Shown here piece after piece: positions 18,218-29,601 of a stretch of DNA of 64,000 nucleotides. The position numbers and the translations under genes were made by a program. Under the pieces are notes generated by a model. The model saw only the letters and a program-made list of their open reading frames with translations. It ran no database searches and was not told the DNA's origin. The DNA is from a virus. Lineage: Duplodnaviria > Caudoviricetes. How positions within the stretch are numbered: the first letter of the stretch is position 1; the number at the start of each line of letters is the position of its first letter. Location: positions 1 through 64,000 of IMG/VR virus record IMGVR_UViG_2706795958_000001. The stretch is one strand, 5' to 3'.

Positions 18218-21200
18218 ATGACTCAGGCTCAGCTTAATATCCTTATTAATGTCCGCGCAAAGCAAGCGCGTGACGCTCTTAATAAACTTACTGGCGCATT
18301 GCGTCAGCTTGAACGCGCAACTCTTATTGCCGATACTGGCCTGTCTACGCTTGTTGCGAAAATGTCTAATCTGGCTGTTCCGGCTAGCATGGCAAGCGCT
18401 TCTCTGTCGAACCTTTCTAAGAGTTTGGCATCTATTGGTAGATCTAAGGCCGCGAAGACTCTCGACACTATTGGTGTTAACGCTGCACAGGCTGCCGCTT
18501 CTATGCTCGAAGCTGGCGTAGCAGCGGAGATTCTTGAAAAGCAACTTATTGGTCTAAATCTTGCGGCGAATAGTACCGCCGCTGCAATGCGTTCGCTTGC
18601 TGGCGCGAGTGCCGCAATGACCGGATTGGGTACCGCTGGTGCCGTTGCCGGTGCTGGTGCTGCCGCTGCTGCTGCTGGCGCAACAAAGATGGCTAAATCC
18701 AATAAGGATGCTACTGACTCCATTAACAAGACCAGGACTGCACAGTCTAATCTTGGTAAGGAATTAGTTCACTCTCCCGCTTGGCGTCATTATGGTGAGC
18801 GGACTCGTTCTACATCGAAAGAGATTGACCTCTTTCGCAATAAGCTTGGCGCTACCGAGCGAAACGTTACCAACTACACCACCAAAGTTGGTCAAACGGT
18901 TCCTGTTGTAAACAATGCGTCTAGGTCAACTACGCATTGGGGCGATAATCTTTCTGCCACCGGCGCTAAGATGACCAAGTTCGGCTCACAAATGCAGTGG
19001 GCCGGTCGCCAAATGGCATTGTACTTTACTGCACCAATGGCCCTTGCAATTGGCATGGGCGTTAAGTGGCAGCTTGATCTTGAAAAGCAGCAGACCAATC
19101 TTAAGAAGGTTTATGACGCCGGTCTTGGGGACAGTATTAATGATGCTAATTCCAAGACTGCCGCTCAGTTTAGAATCCTCACCGATGAATTGCGTAAGCT
19201 TTCAGATCAGACCGGTACCTCGCAAGAGGAAATTACCGAAATGGCTGCCGCATGGGCGCAGGCAGGTAAGTCGGGTCAGGAACTCTTAGAGTTTACCAAG
19301 CTTACTAATCAGGCGATGATTGTCGGCGATATGACCGCCGAAAAATCTTCTGAGGGTATGCAGGCACTTGCTTTGCAGTGGGGATTCACCGGTAAGAAGT
19401 CTGCTGAGGGTATTTCTGAAATTCAGGGCGCATTGCAGAAATTCAACCTTGCGTCGAATATCACTCAGGTTTCGATGGAAGACCTGTTTGACGGCATGTC
19501 ACGAACTGGTGCCCAGGCTCGTGATGCTGGATTGTCTTTCGATGAGACGACTGCAATTCTTACTGCATTAACTCGCGTTACCGGTACCGCTGCTACGGCT
19601 GGTAATGGTTTGAAGTCCATTTCGACTAACCTTAGGGCATCTTCTAGGTCCATGCCAGAGGTTGTTGAGAAGGTTGGCCTTATCACCAATGGGCTTCTCG
19701 ATATGGACTCTGCTGCGTATCAGTCTCTTTCTACTATGGATAAGTTTAGACACATATCCAATATTAGTAAGAAGCTTAATACGCAGCAATTGGCAGAACT
19801 TAACTTTGCGCTGTTTGGCAAGTATCAGTCATCTCGTGGTGCTCAGATTAATAAAGACCTGCAAGACTGGGCAGGTAATATTGTCAAGGTTCAAGATGCA
19901 CTGGAAAGCGGAACAGGAAAGAATTCCCGTAGCTTTAAACAGTGGCAAGAAGAGCTTACGACTTATTTCGAGTCGAATCCGCAGAAGTTTAAGATTGCAA
20001 GTACTGCAATCAAAAACTCTCTTATGGATATCGGCGTTATTGCGCTGCCCTATATTCTTTCTATCCTGCAAACCATTGCCAAGCTAGCTAAGGCATTTAC
20101 CAATCTGCCAGAGGGTGTACAGCAGGCCGCACTTGCTTTTGGTGTATTCGTTGCACTTGCCGCACCAATTGCGGTCCTTTTGGGTGCTACGAATGTGCTT
20201 CTTGGCTCTATGGCAAAAACCTTGGGATGGTTTGGGAAGACCTTCACCAAGGCGGGTCGTGCAAGTAAAAAGGGTGGCGCTGATATTGGCGCTGCTGGCG
20301 CTACCACGGCTAAGTCTGGCAATATTATTACTCGTACTGCCGCAAAGGTTCGTAGTGCAGTAATGGGTGGCATTGCTGCACCATTTAGGGCTGCTGCTGG
20401 CGCAGTGCGTACCGGTTCTGCGCAAACTGCCGCTGCCGCTGCTACAGGTTCGCGCGCAACGTCAGCAGCATGGGCCGCAGGCATGGGTGGAATTCCCGGC
20501 TCGACCGCTGCCGCAGGAAATGCTGCTGCTGCTGCTCATGCGCAAGCCGGTCGTCGTATGCTTAATTCGACCAGGGGTATGACCCAGGCCGAAATTATGG
20601 CTTATTACCGTCGTGGAATGCTTACCACGGCGGCGATTAAAGAAGCCGGTATTACCCAGACTGCTGCCGTCAGAACTAATGGACAATTGCAGCTTGCCGC
20701 AGTACAGCGTAATGAAGCCGCAATGACCGCTGCTGTTGTGCGTGGTAATCAGGCGCGTGTTGCTGCCACTGCTGCCGGTGCGCGTAGTCAGGCTGGCGCT
20801 GCTGCTGCTGGCGGTGCCGCTGCCGCCGCTGGTGCTAAAAATGGGGCCAAGAAGGGTATGCGTGGTGGCGGTATTGCTGGCACTATTCTTACCGCACTAC
20901 TGTTTATTCCGCCAGGAATGTTTAAGTCTTGGGGAACCAAGATTAAGAATTTCTTTACCACTGAGGGTAAGGGATTCCAGAAAATTCTAGAGCGCCTTGG
21001 TATGAATTCCATGAAGGGATTCGCACGAGGACTCTCTAAAATTCTTGTCCGTGGTGGACCAATTGCTGCCGCGTTCGGCGTTGCTGCTGCACTCGTTGGC
21101 AATGCAATGGATGAGATTAAGGAGATTGTAGCTAAGATTCGTGGGGATAAGAATATCCCCATGCTGGCTAAGCCCTTTGTTGCTATTGTTCGTGGAATTG

Positions 21201-24200
21201 GTGCAGCGCTTAGTAAGCTTCCGCAGCTTGTTGCAGATGTATTCAACGCTGTTGTCCGTACAATTGCCAAGGCCGCTAAGGCTGTATACAACTTCTTTAG
21301 CTACATTAATCCGTTTGCACGTCACTCGCCTTCATTGGTTGAAAATGTGCAGAACGGTATGGCTGTCGTTACTGGTGAATTTGCTGACGCTAGTAAGAAG
21401 ATTCAGACTGATATCAGGTCTGCCTATGGTGCCATTTCTCAATTCGGTAGAGCTACATCGAATCTTAAGGTTCGTGCTACTACCATCGAGACAGAGGATC
21501 GTAATAAAGAGCTTAATCGTGCAGACCCATCTGGTGGCGCTGCACGGTCTTATGCTGCATTGGATGCACAGGCAAAGCGCCTTGAATCCACGATGCTCAG
21601 CCTTAATGCTACGGCACTTCGTCAGCAGCGTGTAATTGATGGTCTGGAAAATCAGGTCAAGCAAGCCGATGCTGCTATCGAGGGTATGCAAAAGGGTCTT
21701 ACTCTTTTGCAGAAAGCTGCCGATGCCACCGGTAAGGCTCTCGATGCTGCTAAGGAAAAGCTAGACTATTATGCAAGCGCACCCATTAAGGGTATGCGCG
21801 CGATGAGCGATGCCATTTTTGAAAATGAAATGGCACAGAAGCGACTTCGTCTGGAAATCCTTAAGCTTGAAGATGCTGGCGAAAGCATTGATAGCCTGGA
21901 AGATAAGTTCGCCCGTTTGCAGGGTCAGATTGAAACCCTGTCCGGAACTCGCATGGAATTGCAGTCTAAGGGTGCAGGTTCAGATGTTCTTGCTACCTAT
22001 GACAAGATGATTGCTGATCTTAAGTCTCAGCAAAATGCCGCGCTTGAAGGTCCGTCCACCGAGGTCGAAAAACTTAATAAGCAACTAGATGAATTGGGCC
22101 GAAAGGGTGAGCGCCTCGACCTGGAAAACTCTCTTAAGTTTGATCCGCTTACTCGTCAGATTGAGCAACTAGTCAACAACGAGAAGGAACTGGATTTCAG
22201 CACTATTGTTGCCGGTGTTACCACATACAAGTCTGCTGTTTCTGGTCTGACTATTGCTAATGATTTTGCTACCGCTGCCGTTGAGGCTCAGCAGTTGGCA
22301 ATTGATGCTGCAACTGAATCTCGTGATGCACTTAATTCTCGCCTTGATGTTGAGAAGAATAAGCTTGACCAAGTAAAGAGCGCTTATGACGCCACTTCCA
22401 CTGCTGTCGATGATACTCGCGCAGCAATGGATGAAATCACTCAGGCTGCCAGTACAGTAAATGCACGCCTTGATGAGATTGAGCAGGCGCAAAAAGAGGC
22501 TGCCGATGCAGCTAAGGAACATGCGGATGCAATTGATGCTGCCGGTGACGCTCTCGGTGATATGGCTGAAATTGATACCGAGCTTCCTGAGGTTGATAGC
22601 GCTGCGCTAGAAAACAGTCTGGGTAACCTCTTCCCTGATGTTTCTAAGAAGCTGGAAGAGTTTGGAACCAAGATAAAGAATTGGTTCAAGGGTCTTCCGC
22701 AGAAGATTGTTGACGAACTTAAAGAGCTTGGCCCTAAGATCGGCACATTCCTTATGGGATTGCCTGGTGAAATTGCGGGCGCTCTTGCATTCCTTCTCGG
22801 TTATATTATCGGTCTTATTGGCCGGGGTATTGTCGAGAGTACCAAGCTTATGCTTGGTGGACTCAAGCTGTTCTTCTACGATATTCCCAAGAATATCGGC
22901 GAGTGGCTTGCGGGAATTGACTGGGAATCGGTTCGTACTAATGTAGTTAATTTCATTAAGGGTCTATTTACCGGTGAAAGCTGGGCTAAGGCTGGAGAAT
23001 GGCTGCTTGACGTCGGTGGAGATATTATCGGTGGCCTGTTCAAGGGTATTGGTAATGTTCTGCTTAATGTCACAACCTGGATCAAAGAGAATATCGTTGA
23101 TAGATTTATCAACGGTATTAAAGAGGGATTTGAAATTCAGTCCCCATCCAAGGTTATGGCACGCATTGGCGTTGACATTATTCTTGGCCTTCTTAATGGT
23201 ATCGTTGAAAAAGCGCAAGACCTCTGGAATTGGATCACCGGCCTGGCCGGAACGGTCCGGGAGAAGCTTGGCAATGCGCGTGATTTCTTGTGGCAAAAGG
23301 GCAAGGATATCATTCAGGGCCTTAAAGACGCCGCCGTTGAAAAGTGGAACGAATTCCTGGACTGGGTTAAGGGTCTACCAGGTCAGATTAAGGATAAGCT
23401 TGGTAATCTTAAGAATACCCTCTTTGAGGCAGGAAAGGATCTCATTCGAGGTCTGATTGATGGTGCTGGCGATCTTCTTAAGAATATCGCACAGATGTTT
23501 GCGGATAAAATTCCCAATAAGATAATCCGCGAAGGCTTTAAGCGTGCAATGGGTATCGCTTCTCCGTCTAAGGTTTTCACCGAATTTGGTACAAATATTG
23601 GTGAAGGTCTCGTTATTGGCATGGAGAATCAGCTTGCTGATATCACTTCTGCGAGCAACGCATTGTCTGACGCGGCGTCTGCTGGAATAGATAATGCGGC
23701 CCCCCTATCCATCCCCGCTGTACAGGCTGCACCGGCTGCCCTTCCGGCTGCTCCGGCTGCTCCTGAGGCTGGCGCGGCCCCGGCTGCCGCTGGCCCTGAT
23801 CCGGCTGCGCTCGCTGCTCAGGTGACCGCCGCCACTCAGGCCGCAACGCTGGTGTGGCAGGGTTATTACGCGAATCTGACTGTAATGCAGACTGAGCATA
23901 ATGCTTTGGAATTGGTTGCTCAGAATACGCATGACCTTGCAAAGATGGCCGCATTGGTTGCGTACAATACTGCGGAATTGACTACGGTCACTTCTCAGTA
24001 CACTGCTCTACTGACTGCACAGCAGACGTACTACACTACATTTACTGGACTTTCTACCACGTTCCGTACTACTGAGCTTAATGCTCAGATTGCTTGGTAC
24101 GCAAGTCAGATTACAGAGTTTAACAAGTTCTCTGCTAACTACCAGAGTGCTCTTACAACTCTGCTCAATGCTAGCAAGGACTTGTTCGATACCTTCCGTA

Positions 24201-26965
24201 TTGACGTTACCGACATCTTCCAGAATCTTGCAACTAGTATGCAGGATACGGTTAACGGTCCTATTACGGACGTATTCACCTCTCTTGCTGGAATGCTGGA
24301 CGAGGCTGTTACCAACTTCCAGACTGCTGTTACAAATATCCAATCTGCATGGCTTGGAATTCAGGAGGGTACTGCTGCCCCGGTTCGCTTCACAATTGAT
24401 AGGGTCTACAACAATGGCCTTATGGGTGTGTGGAATAATGTTGCTGAACTTATCGGCGCGAACAAGATGCAGCAATATCCAGTTAACTTTGCAACTGGTG
24501 GTCCAGTCAAGGGTCCAGGTACGGAAACTAGCGATTCTATTCCGGCCAGATTGTCGCGCAATGAGTACGTACTTAGTGCCGACGCGGTTAGGCGCGCCGG
24601 TGGAGTAACTAACCTTAACCGGTTTAACTTCGGAAAGTCTACGCCGCAAGGCATGTTCGGAATTGGTGGCAATTACAAGGTTCAGAGTACCAATGGTACT
24701 GTTATGAAGCTTGCAACCGGCGGTCCCACCGACCCCGGTTCTCCGACGTGGAAAGCATTCCAGCGCGGTCACCTGTTTGCTAAGCGTATTTCTCCCGGAC
24801 CATACATTCTCGGCGGTTCTTCGGGTGGATCACGTAACGGCGGTACTGACTGTTCGGGATTCCAGTCCGAGGTTGCCGATGTAATTATGGGCGGTCCTGG
24901 TGGTTCTCGTAAGTGGGCTACCGGTTCATTCCCTGGTGGCGGTGGAGCGCAGGGTAATATCGTCCGAATTGGCAATCAGATTTGGGCCAAGGGTCTCGGT
25001 GCCGGTCATTCGATCGGTATTAGCGTTCCTCACGCTGCCGGTACATTGAGCGGCATTCCCGGACTGCCGAACGTCAATATCGAGTCCGGTGGTGGGACCG
25101 GTGGCGGTGCTACTTATGGTGGACCTGCTACTGGTGCAAACGATTCGCAATTCCCGACTCGTTATCACTTGGCAATTACAGATGGAATGTTCGTTGCTGC
25201 AACTGCCGGTGGCGGCGCTTCCATGATGGAAATTCTTGGCTCGATGGTGGAGCCTGGTCTTAAGAAGATGATTGAGGATGCCAAGGCATTCCAAGGAAAG
25301 GGCCACGCTGGAACCGTACCACTGAAAACTGCTGAGGCTTGGGATAAGGGTACTCGCAAGAAGATTGAAGACGAAGCCAAGAAGCTGGACGCAATGGGTC
25401 CGGGTCTTGGTGGTGGTGACATTTCAGGCGTTGAACGTTGGCGTCCGATGGTTATCGCTGCGCTTAAGAAGCAGGGATTCGCTGGGACTAAGCGCGAGCA
25501 GGATGCAATGCTCGGTCAGATTTGGGATGAATCTAAGGGTGATCCCAATGCAGTGAATAACTGGGATATCAACGCGCAGAACGGTACTCCGTCCCGGGGT
25601 CTCTTGCAGACGATTCCGTCCACGTTCGAGACTTGGCGAGACCCGTCGATTCCTGGCGGCATTACTGATCCGTGGGCGAATATGAATGCCGCGCTTCGGT
25701 ATTACCGTGACAACTACGGCAACGATCTTACTACTCGTTGGGGTCGTGGTAAGGGTGGATATGATAAGGGCGGATGGTTGCCGCCTACGCCTGACGGTTT
25801 CAGCACCTATTACAATCACACTGGCAAGCCGGAAGCTGTTCTGGAAAACAGTGATTGGAAGGCTATTTACACGGCTGCAAGTAAGCCCGCAATCACTCCC
25901 GAGATTATCTCTACCGGATTCATCTCGGCCATGAAGACTCTGTTCGGTGCTAATACCGATCAAAAGATTCAGGATGCCACCGCTATTGCTACTGAGGTTG
26001 CACTAGAGGGTGAGAATAAGAAGTGGAACCCGCTGATTATTGGTGCAGCAGAAGAGACGGCAAAAGCCGCTGCTACAACGACTTCGGCGGTTACCGCTTC
26101 TGGCTCCAAGGTTGCCGGTGCGGTTGATGCTAATTCGCTCATCTCTGCCGACCAGACGAAGATTCTTACGTCAATGCTCGGAGTGTTGCGCGCGGCTCAA
26201 AGTGCCGTTCCGACAGTGAAGTACACGCCCGGTAGTACCGATAAGGAAACCGGTAAGGTTACTCCTGAGAATTTCGAGATTTCCAATTTCACGTTCAGCA
26301 TGTTTGCTCCGCTGATCGAAGCTATGGGTGGTCTGATCGAAAATCTCCCCGATGCTGAGCCTACCTACGTTGACTGGGCTGGAACTAATCGACCGGTTAC
26401 CGATCAGATGCGTCAGGAAAAGCGCCTGAATGACATGGCTAATGCCAGCAAGGGCATGTACATGGCGTTCAAAACCGTTGCGCCGTCTGTACTTAAGCAT
26501 ACTGCCAAGATCGGTTCTGCAATTGAAACACTGATCGCTCAGGATGGTGCAGCATGGACCGCTGCAATTGCTGGTATTGCTGCCGGTAACCCGATGGCTA
26601 TTGCCGCTGCTGTTGCATTGGCATTCAAGGCTGTATTCACCTTGCTGCCTTTGATTCTGGAAGCCATTGTGGAAATCGTTCCGGCAATCTTCAAGGCTAT
26701 CAAGATGTTCATCACCAGGTTCTCCCCGGACTCGGTGTACAGCTACGACTCATATGATGCCGCTAACCAAGCTGTGAATGATAACATCGACGCTATCCGA
26801 AAGGGTGCCTCTGGCCCGAACTTCAAGGTGCCAGAAGAGACAATCCAGAACAACACGAATCAGACGACCGTACTCAATATTTATGGCGATATCTCACTCC
26901 CGAACGTTACCAATACTTCGGGTGCTCAGAATCTCGCTAATAATCTTGAATCGCTTGCAGGGTAG
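18218..26965 (+). CDS. Tape measure protein with NlpC/P60-like and lytic transglycosylase domains
   Basis: 2915 aa; TP901-like core; GTDCSG near 24840; ESKGDPNA...GLLQ near 25530-25610. Confidence 0.93.
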   Translation: MTQAQLNILINVRAKQARDALNKLTGALRQLERATLIADTGLSTLVAKMSNLAVPASMASASLSNLSKSLASIGRSKAAKTLDTIGVNAAQAAASMLEAGVAAEILEKQLIGLNLAANSTAAAMRSLAGASAAMTGLGTAGAVAGAGAAAAAAGATKMAKSNKDATDSINKTRTAQSNLGKELVHSPAWRHYGERTRSTSKEIDLFRNKLGATERNVTNYTTKVGQTVPVVNNASRSTTHWGDNLSATGAKMTKFGSQMQWAGRQMALYFTAPMALAIGMGVKWQLDLEKQQTNLKKVYDAGLGDSINDANSKTAAQFRILTDELRKLSDQTGTSQEEITEMAAAWAQAGKSGQELLEFTKLTNQAMIVGDMTAEKSSEGMQALALQWGFTGKKSAEGISEIQGALQKFNLASNITQVSMEDLFDGMSRTGAQARDAGLSFDETTAILTALTRVTGTAATAGNGLKSISTNLRASSRSMPEVVEKVGLITNGLLDMDSAAYQSLSTMDKFRHISNISKKLNTQQLAELNFALFGKYQSSRGAQINKDLQDWAGNIVKVQDALESGTGKNSRSFKQWQEELTTYFESNPQKFKIASTAIKNSLMDIGVIALPYILSILQTIAKLAKAFTNLPEGVQQAALAFGVFVALAAPIAVLLGATNVLLGSMAKTLGWFGKTFTKAGRASKKGGADIGAAGATTAKSGNIITRTAAKVRSAVMGGIAAPFRAAAGAVRTGSAQTAAAAATGSRATSAAWAAGMGGIPGSTAAAGNAAAAAHAQAGRRMLNSTRGMTQAEIMAYYRRGMLTTAAIKEAGITQTAAVRTNGQLQLAAVQRNEAAMTAAVVRGNQARVAATAAGARSQAGAAAAGGAAAAAGAKNGAKKGMRGGGIAGTILTALLFIPPGMFKSWGTKIKNFFTTEGKGFQKILERLGMNSMKGFARGLSKILVRGGPIAAAFGVAAALVGNAMDEIKEIVAKIRGDKNIPMLAKPFVAIVRGIGAALSKLPQLVADVFNAVVRTIAKAAKAVYNFFSYINPFARHSPSLVENVQNGMAVVTGEFADASKKIQTDIRSAYGAISQFGRATSNLKVRATTIETEDRNKELNRADPSGGAARSYAALDAQAKRLESTMLSLNATALRQQRVIDGLENQVKQADAAIEGMQKGLTLLQKAADATGKALDAAKEKLDYYASAPIKGMRAMSDAIFENEMAQKRLRLEILKLEDAGESIDSLEDKFARLQGQIETLSGTRMELQSKGAGSDVLATYDKMIADLKSQQNAALEGPSTEVEKLNKQLDELGRKGERLDLENSLKFDPLTRQIEQLVNNEKELDFSTIVAGVTTYKSAVSGLTIANDFATAAVEAQQLAIDAATESRDALNSRLDVEKNKLDQVKSAYDATSTAVDDTRAAMDEITQAASTVNARLDEIEQAQKEAADAAKEHADAIDAAGDALGDMAEIDTELPEVDSAALENSLGNLFPDVSKKLEEFGTKIKNWFKGLPQKIVDELKELGPKIGTFLMGLPGEIAGALAFLLGYIIGLIGRGIVESTKLMLGGLKLFFYDIPKNIGEWLAGIDWESVRTNVVNFIKGLFTGESWAKAGEWLLDVGGDIIGGLFKGIGNVLLNVTTWIKENIVDRFINGIKEGFEIQSPSKVMARIGVDIILGLLNGIVEKAQDLWNWITGLAGTVREKLGNARDFLWQKGKDIIQGLKDAAVEKWNEFLDWVKGLPGQIKDKLGNLKNTLFEAGKDLIRGLIDGAGDLLKNIAQMFADKIPNKIIREGFKRAMGIASPSKVFTEFGTNIGEGLVIGMENQLADITSASNALSDAASAGIDNAAPLSIPAVQAAPAALPAAPAAPEAGAAPAAAGPDPAALAAQVTAATQAATLVWQGYYANLTVMQTEHNALELVAQNTHDLAKMAALVAYNTAELTTVTSQYTALLTAQQTYYTTFTGLSTTFRTTELNAQIAWYASQITEFNKFSANYQSALTTLLNASKDLFDTFRIDVTDIFQNLATSMQDTVNGPITDVFTSLAGMLDEAVTNFQTAVTNIQSAWLGIQEGTAAPVRFTIDRVYNNGLMGVWNNVAELIGANKMQQYPVNFATGGPVKGPGTETSDSIPARLSRNEYVLSADAVRRAGGVTNLNRFNFGKSTPQGMFGIGGNYKVQSTNGTVMKLATGGPTDPGSPTWKAFQRGHLFAKRISPGPYILGGSSGGSRNGGTDCSGFQSEVADVIMGGPGGSRKWATGSFPGGGGAQGNIVRIGNQIWAKGLGAGHSIGISVPHAAGTLSGIPGLPNVNIESGGGTGGGATYGGPATGANDSQFPTRYHLAITDGMFVAATAGGGASMMEILGSMVEPGLKKMIEDAKAFQGKGHAGTVPLKTAEAWDKGTRKKIEDEAKKLDAMGPGLGGGDISGVERWRPMVIAALKKQGFAGTKREQDAMLGQIWDESKGDPNAVNNWDINAQNGTPSRGLLQTIPSTFETWRDPSIPGGITDPWANMNAALRYYRDNYGNDLTTRWGRGKGGYDKGGWLPPTPDGFSTYYNHTGKPEAVLENSDWKAIYTAASKPAITPEIISTGFISAMKTLFGANTDQKIQDATAIATEVALEGENKKWNPLIIGAAEETAKAAATTTSAVTASGSKVAGAVDANSLISADQTKILTSMLGVLRAAQSAVPTVKYTPGSTDKETGKVTPENFEISNFTFSMFAPLIEAMGGLIENLPDAEPTYVDWAGTNRPVTDQMRQEKRLNDMANASKGMYMAFKTVAPSVLKHTAKIGSAIETLIAQDGAAWTAAIAGIAAGNPMAIAAAVALAFKAVFTLLPLILEAIVEIVPAIFKAIKMFITRFSPDSVYSYDSYDAANQAVNDNIDAIRKGASGPNFKVPEETIQNNTNQTTVLNIYGDISLPNVTNTSGAQNLANNLESLAG

Positions 26966-26970
26966 GGATA

Positions 26971-29601
26971 ATGGGGCGCTACATACATAGGCCGCTGTAC
27001 TCCGTTGACTACGGTGAGGTTGAAACCGTAGGCAGCGGAGTGGTGTTGGGCGATAATAACGACAACACCTTCAAGCGTTACTTCCAGGATGCTGGCTCTA
27101 TTCAGACCTACCCTGCATTTCCTACCGTGGGAGCCATCCCGGTCGGACGAGACATTATTGCCGTGAGAAATGCTCACCGCCAACGTAATACAGGTTTACT
27201 GGGCCTGTATAACGGGTGGGTTATGTCGTACCTGCGTGTTGGAGGAAAGAAAGAACCTAGCACCCGCACCTACGTGCAGGATGGTTACAACGACGACGCG
27301 CGCACCATTGAGGGGCCAGCGCTCTACAACAAGAATCTAGCGCCGTGGCTACCCGCCGATATTACTGCTATGGGTAGCGAAACCGGTGCTGCCGTAGGCG
27401 AAATTGGTCCCAACAAGGGCAACCGTTGGTGTGTGTGCTCGGAATCGTTCATCATCGCGGTCTACGACGATCCGGTGCCGGTTCCGACCACACCATATCC
27501 GGCGAACAATCAAACCATTGATACATCGTCGGTGAATTTCTCAGCGGTGATGCCTGCGCCACAGCCAGAGCAGCCGGTACAGGCAATTTTTCAGGTTGCC
27601 CGAGATTCGGGATTTACCAACGACGTTCGCACGTTCGCCCCCGCCGCAAATGAACTCGTGCAGTCCACTGCCGCTGGCACACGTAGCTACTACAACAGCG
27701 TGTTGCTCGATGATTCCAAGTGGACCAATCTTGGTCCGGGGCAATGGTATTTGCGCATGAAGGGGCGCGACTATCGGGGCAAGGAAAGCGCGTGGGGTGC
27801 TGTTACCACGTTCAATATCGTCCACACTGCATTGCCGGTGCCGTCGCCCACCGAACCTGCTGGATCATCCACTGTTGCAACACCGTACGCAAAACGCACC
27901 GCTACGCTTTCCACAACACCAAGCGGTGGTCGGAAAGTCGGTATTACGTACCAGCTTTCAAAGCAGTCTGACTTTTCCGGCGCTGTCGTGCAGTGGACCA
28001 ATACTGCTGACGGGGTAAAGGTCGTGTCTCCGAGCTTGCCTGCTGTGATCGGTTATGACCCGACCCCGAACCCCGCTGTAATTCCTGGAAAGCAAGGCAA
28101 CACTGTATCGGTGGAAGACCCGAGTCAGTATACCTCGCAAGGGGTTTGGTACTACCGTGTGCGCGCTACCGATACCTACGGTCAATCGGGTGCATGGTCA
28201 AGCTCGATCGCTTTCACGGTTTCCCATCGACCGATTCCGGCGAACGTATTCCCTTCTGGTGGAAAGAGTTTCGACCAGGATTTGCAGATGGTTACCTGGG
28301 ACTTCACTGACCCTTGGAGCGGGGATACTCAATCTGCATACCAGATGCGCGTGCTAGATAATGCGAACACGGTTATTCAGGATACCGGTAAGCTGAATTC
28401 GTCTCTGGCGCGGGCAGATATGAATATCCCTACATCATGGCTACATCAGATGATGAAGATTGGTGTTCGTATTTGGGACGCGGATGACGTTGCCTCACTT
28501 ACTGAATACCAGTCTACATTCCGCCTGTCTGTGGCGCCGATTATTACGATGCCATTTCCCGCAGCCGATAGCGCGATTATTACCGGCCAGCCGAACATCA
28601 CATGGTCGTGTGTTTTTGCACGCCCTGAGCTGACTCAGAAATCTTTCCGTATCAAGTTCACGAATCGACTGGATTCCAAGATTGCATTCGACAGTGGCAC
28701 AATCGTTTCCACTGCTACCGCATACATGCCTCCGACGCCGATCTTGAAAAACCTTAGCGGATATCAGATTTCACTTACCGTTACCGACAGTGAGGATTTG
28801 AGCCGCACACTTATCAGGAACTTCTCAACGAACTTTGAACGTCCTGAGTTTGTACCTGCAACCTCTGACGCATCGGATTACAACGCCAATGGCTTTGTGA
28901 CGGTTAATTTTCCGAACGGTAACCCTGACCCTCAGTTCCTCGAATGGCGCATCTATCATCGTAAGCACAGCGCCTACGATGAGAATGAATGGCAGCTTGC
29001 CGGTACTGTATCCGATCCTGACACAAGAGAATTTAGGGATTGGATGATCGCTGGTAACGGTGAGTTCGACCTAAGTGTTACACAGGCGGCGTACCGATTT
29101 GGCTCTATCGTGGAGTCTTCACAGGATGAATTCGTTCAGCCTGTGTATATATTCTCGGATAAGTACTGGCTCATCTCCCCCGAGGACTCGTCTTTGAATA
29201 TCAAGCTGCACAATGTAAATGCCGATAAGTTCACTGATGAGCGCGAGTTTAATCAGTACACGATTATGAATGGTGGACGTCGAACCATCTTCGGTACAAA
29301 GATGGGAAAGACTGGCAATCTTACCTGCCAGATTAGGCACAATCAGCAGAAGGGCGCATCTGAACAGGTTGACGATCTAATGTCGCTGGCGGATCACAAT
29401 TCTGTTGTGTTCCTTAAAGACCCGTTCGGCAATGTCACACCTGTTGCTCTGGGTAATATTGGCGTGGATCGTATTCCGGGTGTTGGAACTTCGGAGTTCG
29501 CCGACGTTGATATTCCCTACGCTGAGGTGATTGATACCACCGGTGGAAAGATCGTCAATACTGTTGCTATCTACGGGATTATTGATGGTGGTGCGCCGTG
29601 A
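26971..29601 (+). CDS. Minor tail protein with Ig/FN3-like repeats
   Basis: 876 aa after TMP; repeated WYxRxxxxDxxGxxSAW motifs. Confidence 0.75.
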   Translation: MGRYIHRPLYSVDYGEVETVGSGVVLGDNNDNTFKRYFQDAGSIQTYPAFPTVGAIPVGRDIIAVRNAHRQRNTGLLGLYNGWVMSYLRVGGKKEPSTRTYVQDGYNDDARTIEGPALYNKNLAPWLPADITAMGSETGAAVGEIGPNKGNRWCVCSESFIIAVYDDPVPVPTTPYPANNQTIDTSSVNFSAVMPAPQPEQPVQAIFQVARDSGFTNDVRTFAPAANELVQSTAAGTRSYYNSVLLDDSKWTNLGPGQWYLRMKGRDYRGKESAWGAVTTFNIVHTALPVPSPTEPAGSSTVATPYAKRTATLSTTPSGGRKVGITYQLSKQSDFSGAVVQWTNTADGVKVVSPSLPAVIGYDPTPNPAVIPGKQGNTVSVEDPSQYTSQGVWYYRVRATDTYGQSGAWSSSIAFTVSHRPIPANVFPSGGKSFDQDLQMVTWDFTDPWSGDTQSAYQMRVLDNANTVIQDTGKLNSSLARADMNIPTSWLHQMMKIGVRIWDADDVASLTEYQSTFRLSVAPIITMPFPAADSAIITGQPNITWSCVFARPELTQKSFRIKFTNRLDSKIAFDSGTIVSTATAYMPPTPILKNLSGYQISLTVTDSEDLSRTLIRNFSTNFERPEFVPATSDASDYNANGFVTVNFPNGNPDPQFLEWRIYHRKHSAYDENEWQLAGTVSDPDTREFRDWMIAGNGEFDLSVTQAAYRFGSIVESSQDEFVQPVYIFSDKYWLISPEDSSLNIKLHNVNADKFTDEREFNQYTIMNGGRRTIFGTKMGKTGNLTCQIRHNQQKGASEQVDDLMSLADHNSVVFLKDPFGNVTPVALGNIGVDRIPGVGTSEFADVDIPYAEVIDTTGGKIVNTVAIYGIIDGGAP

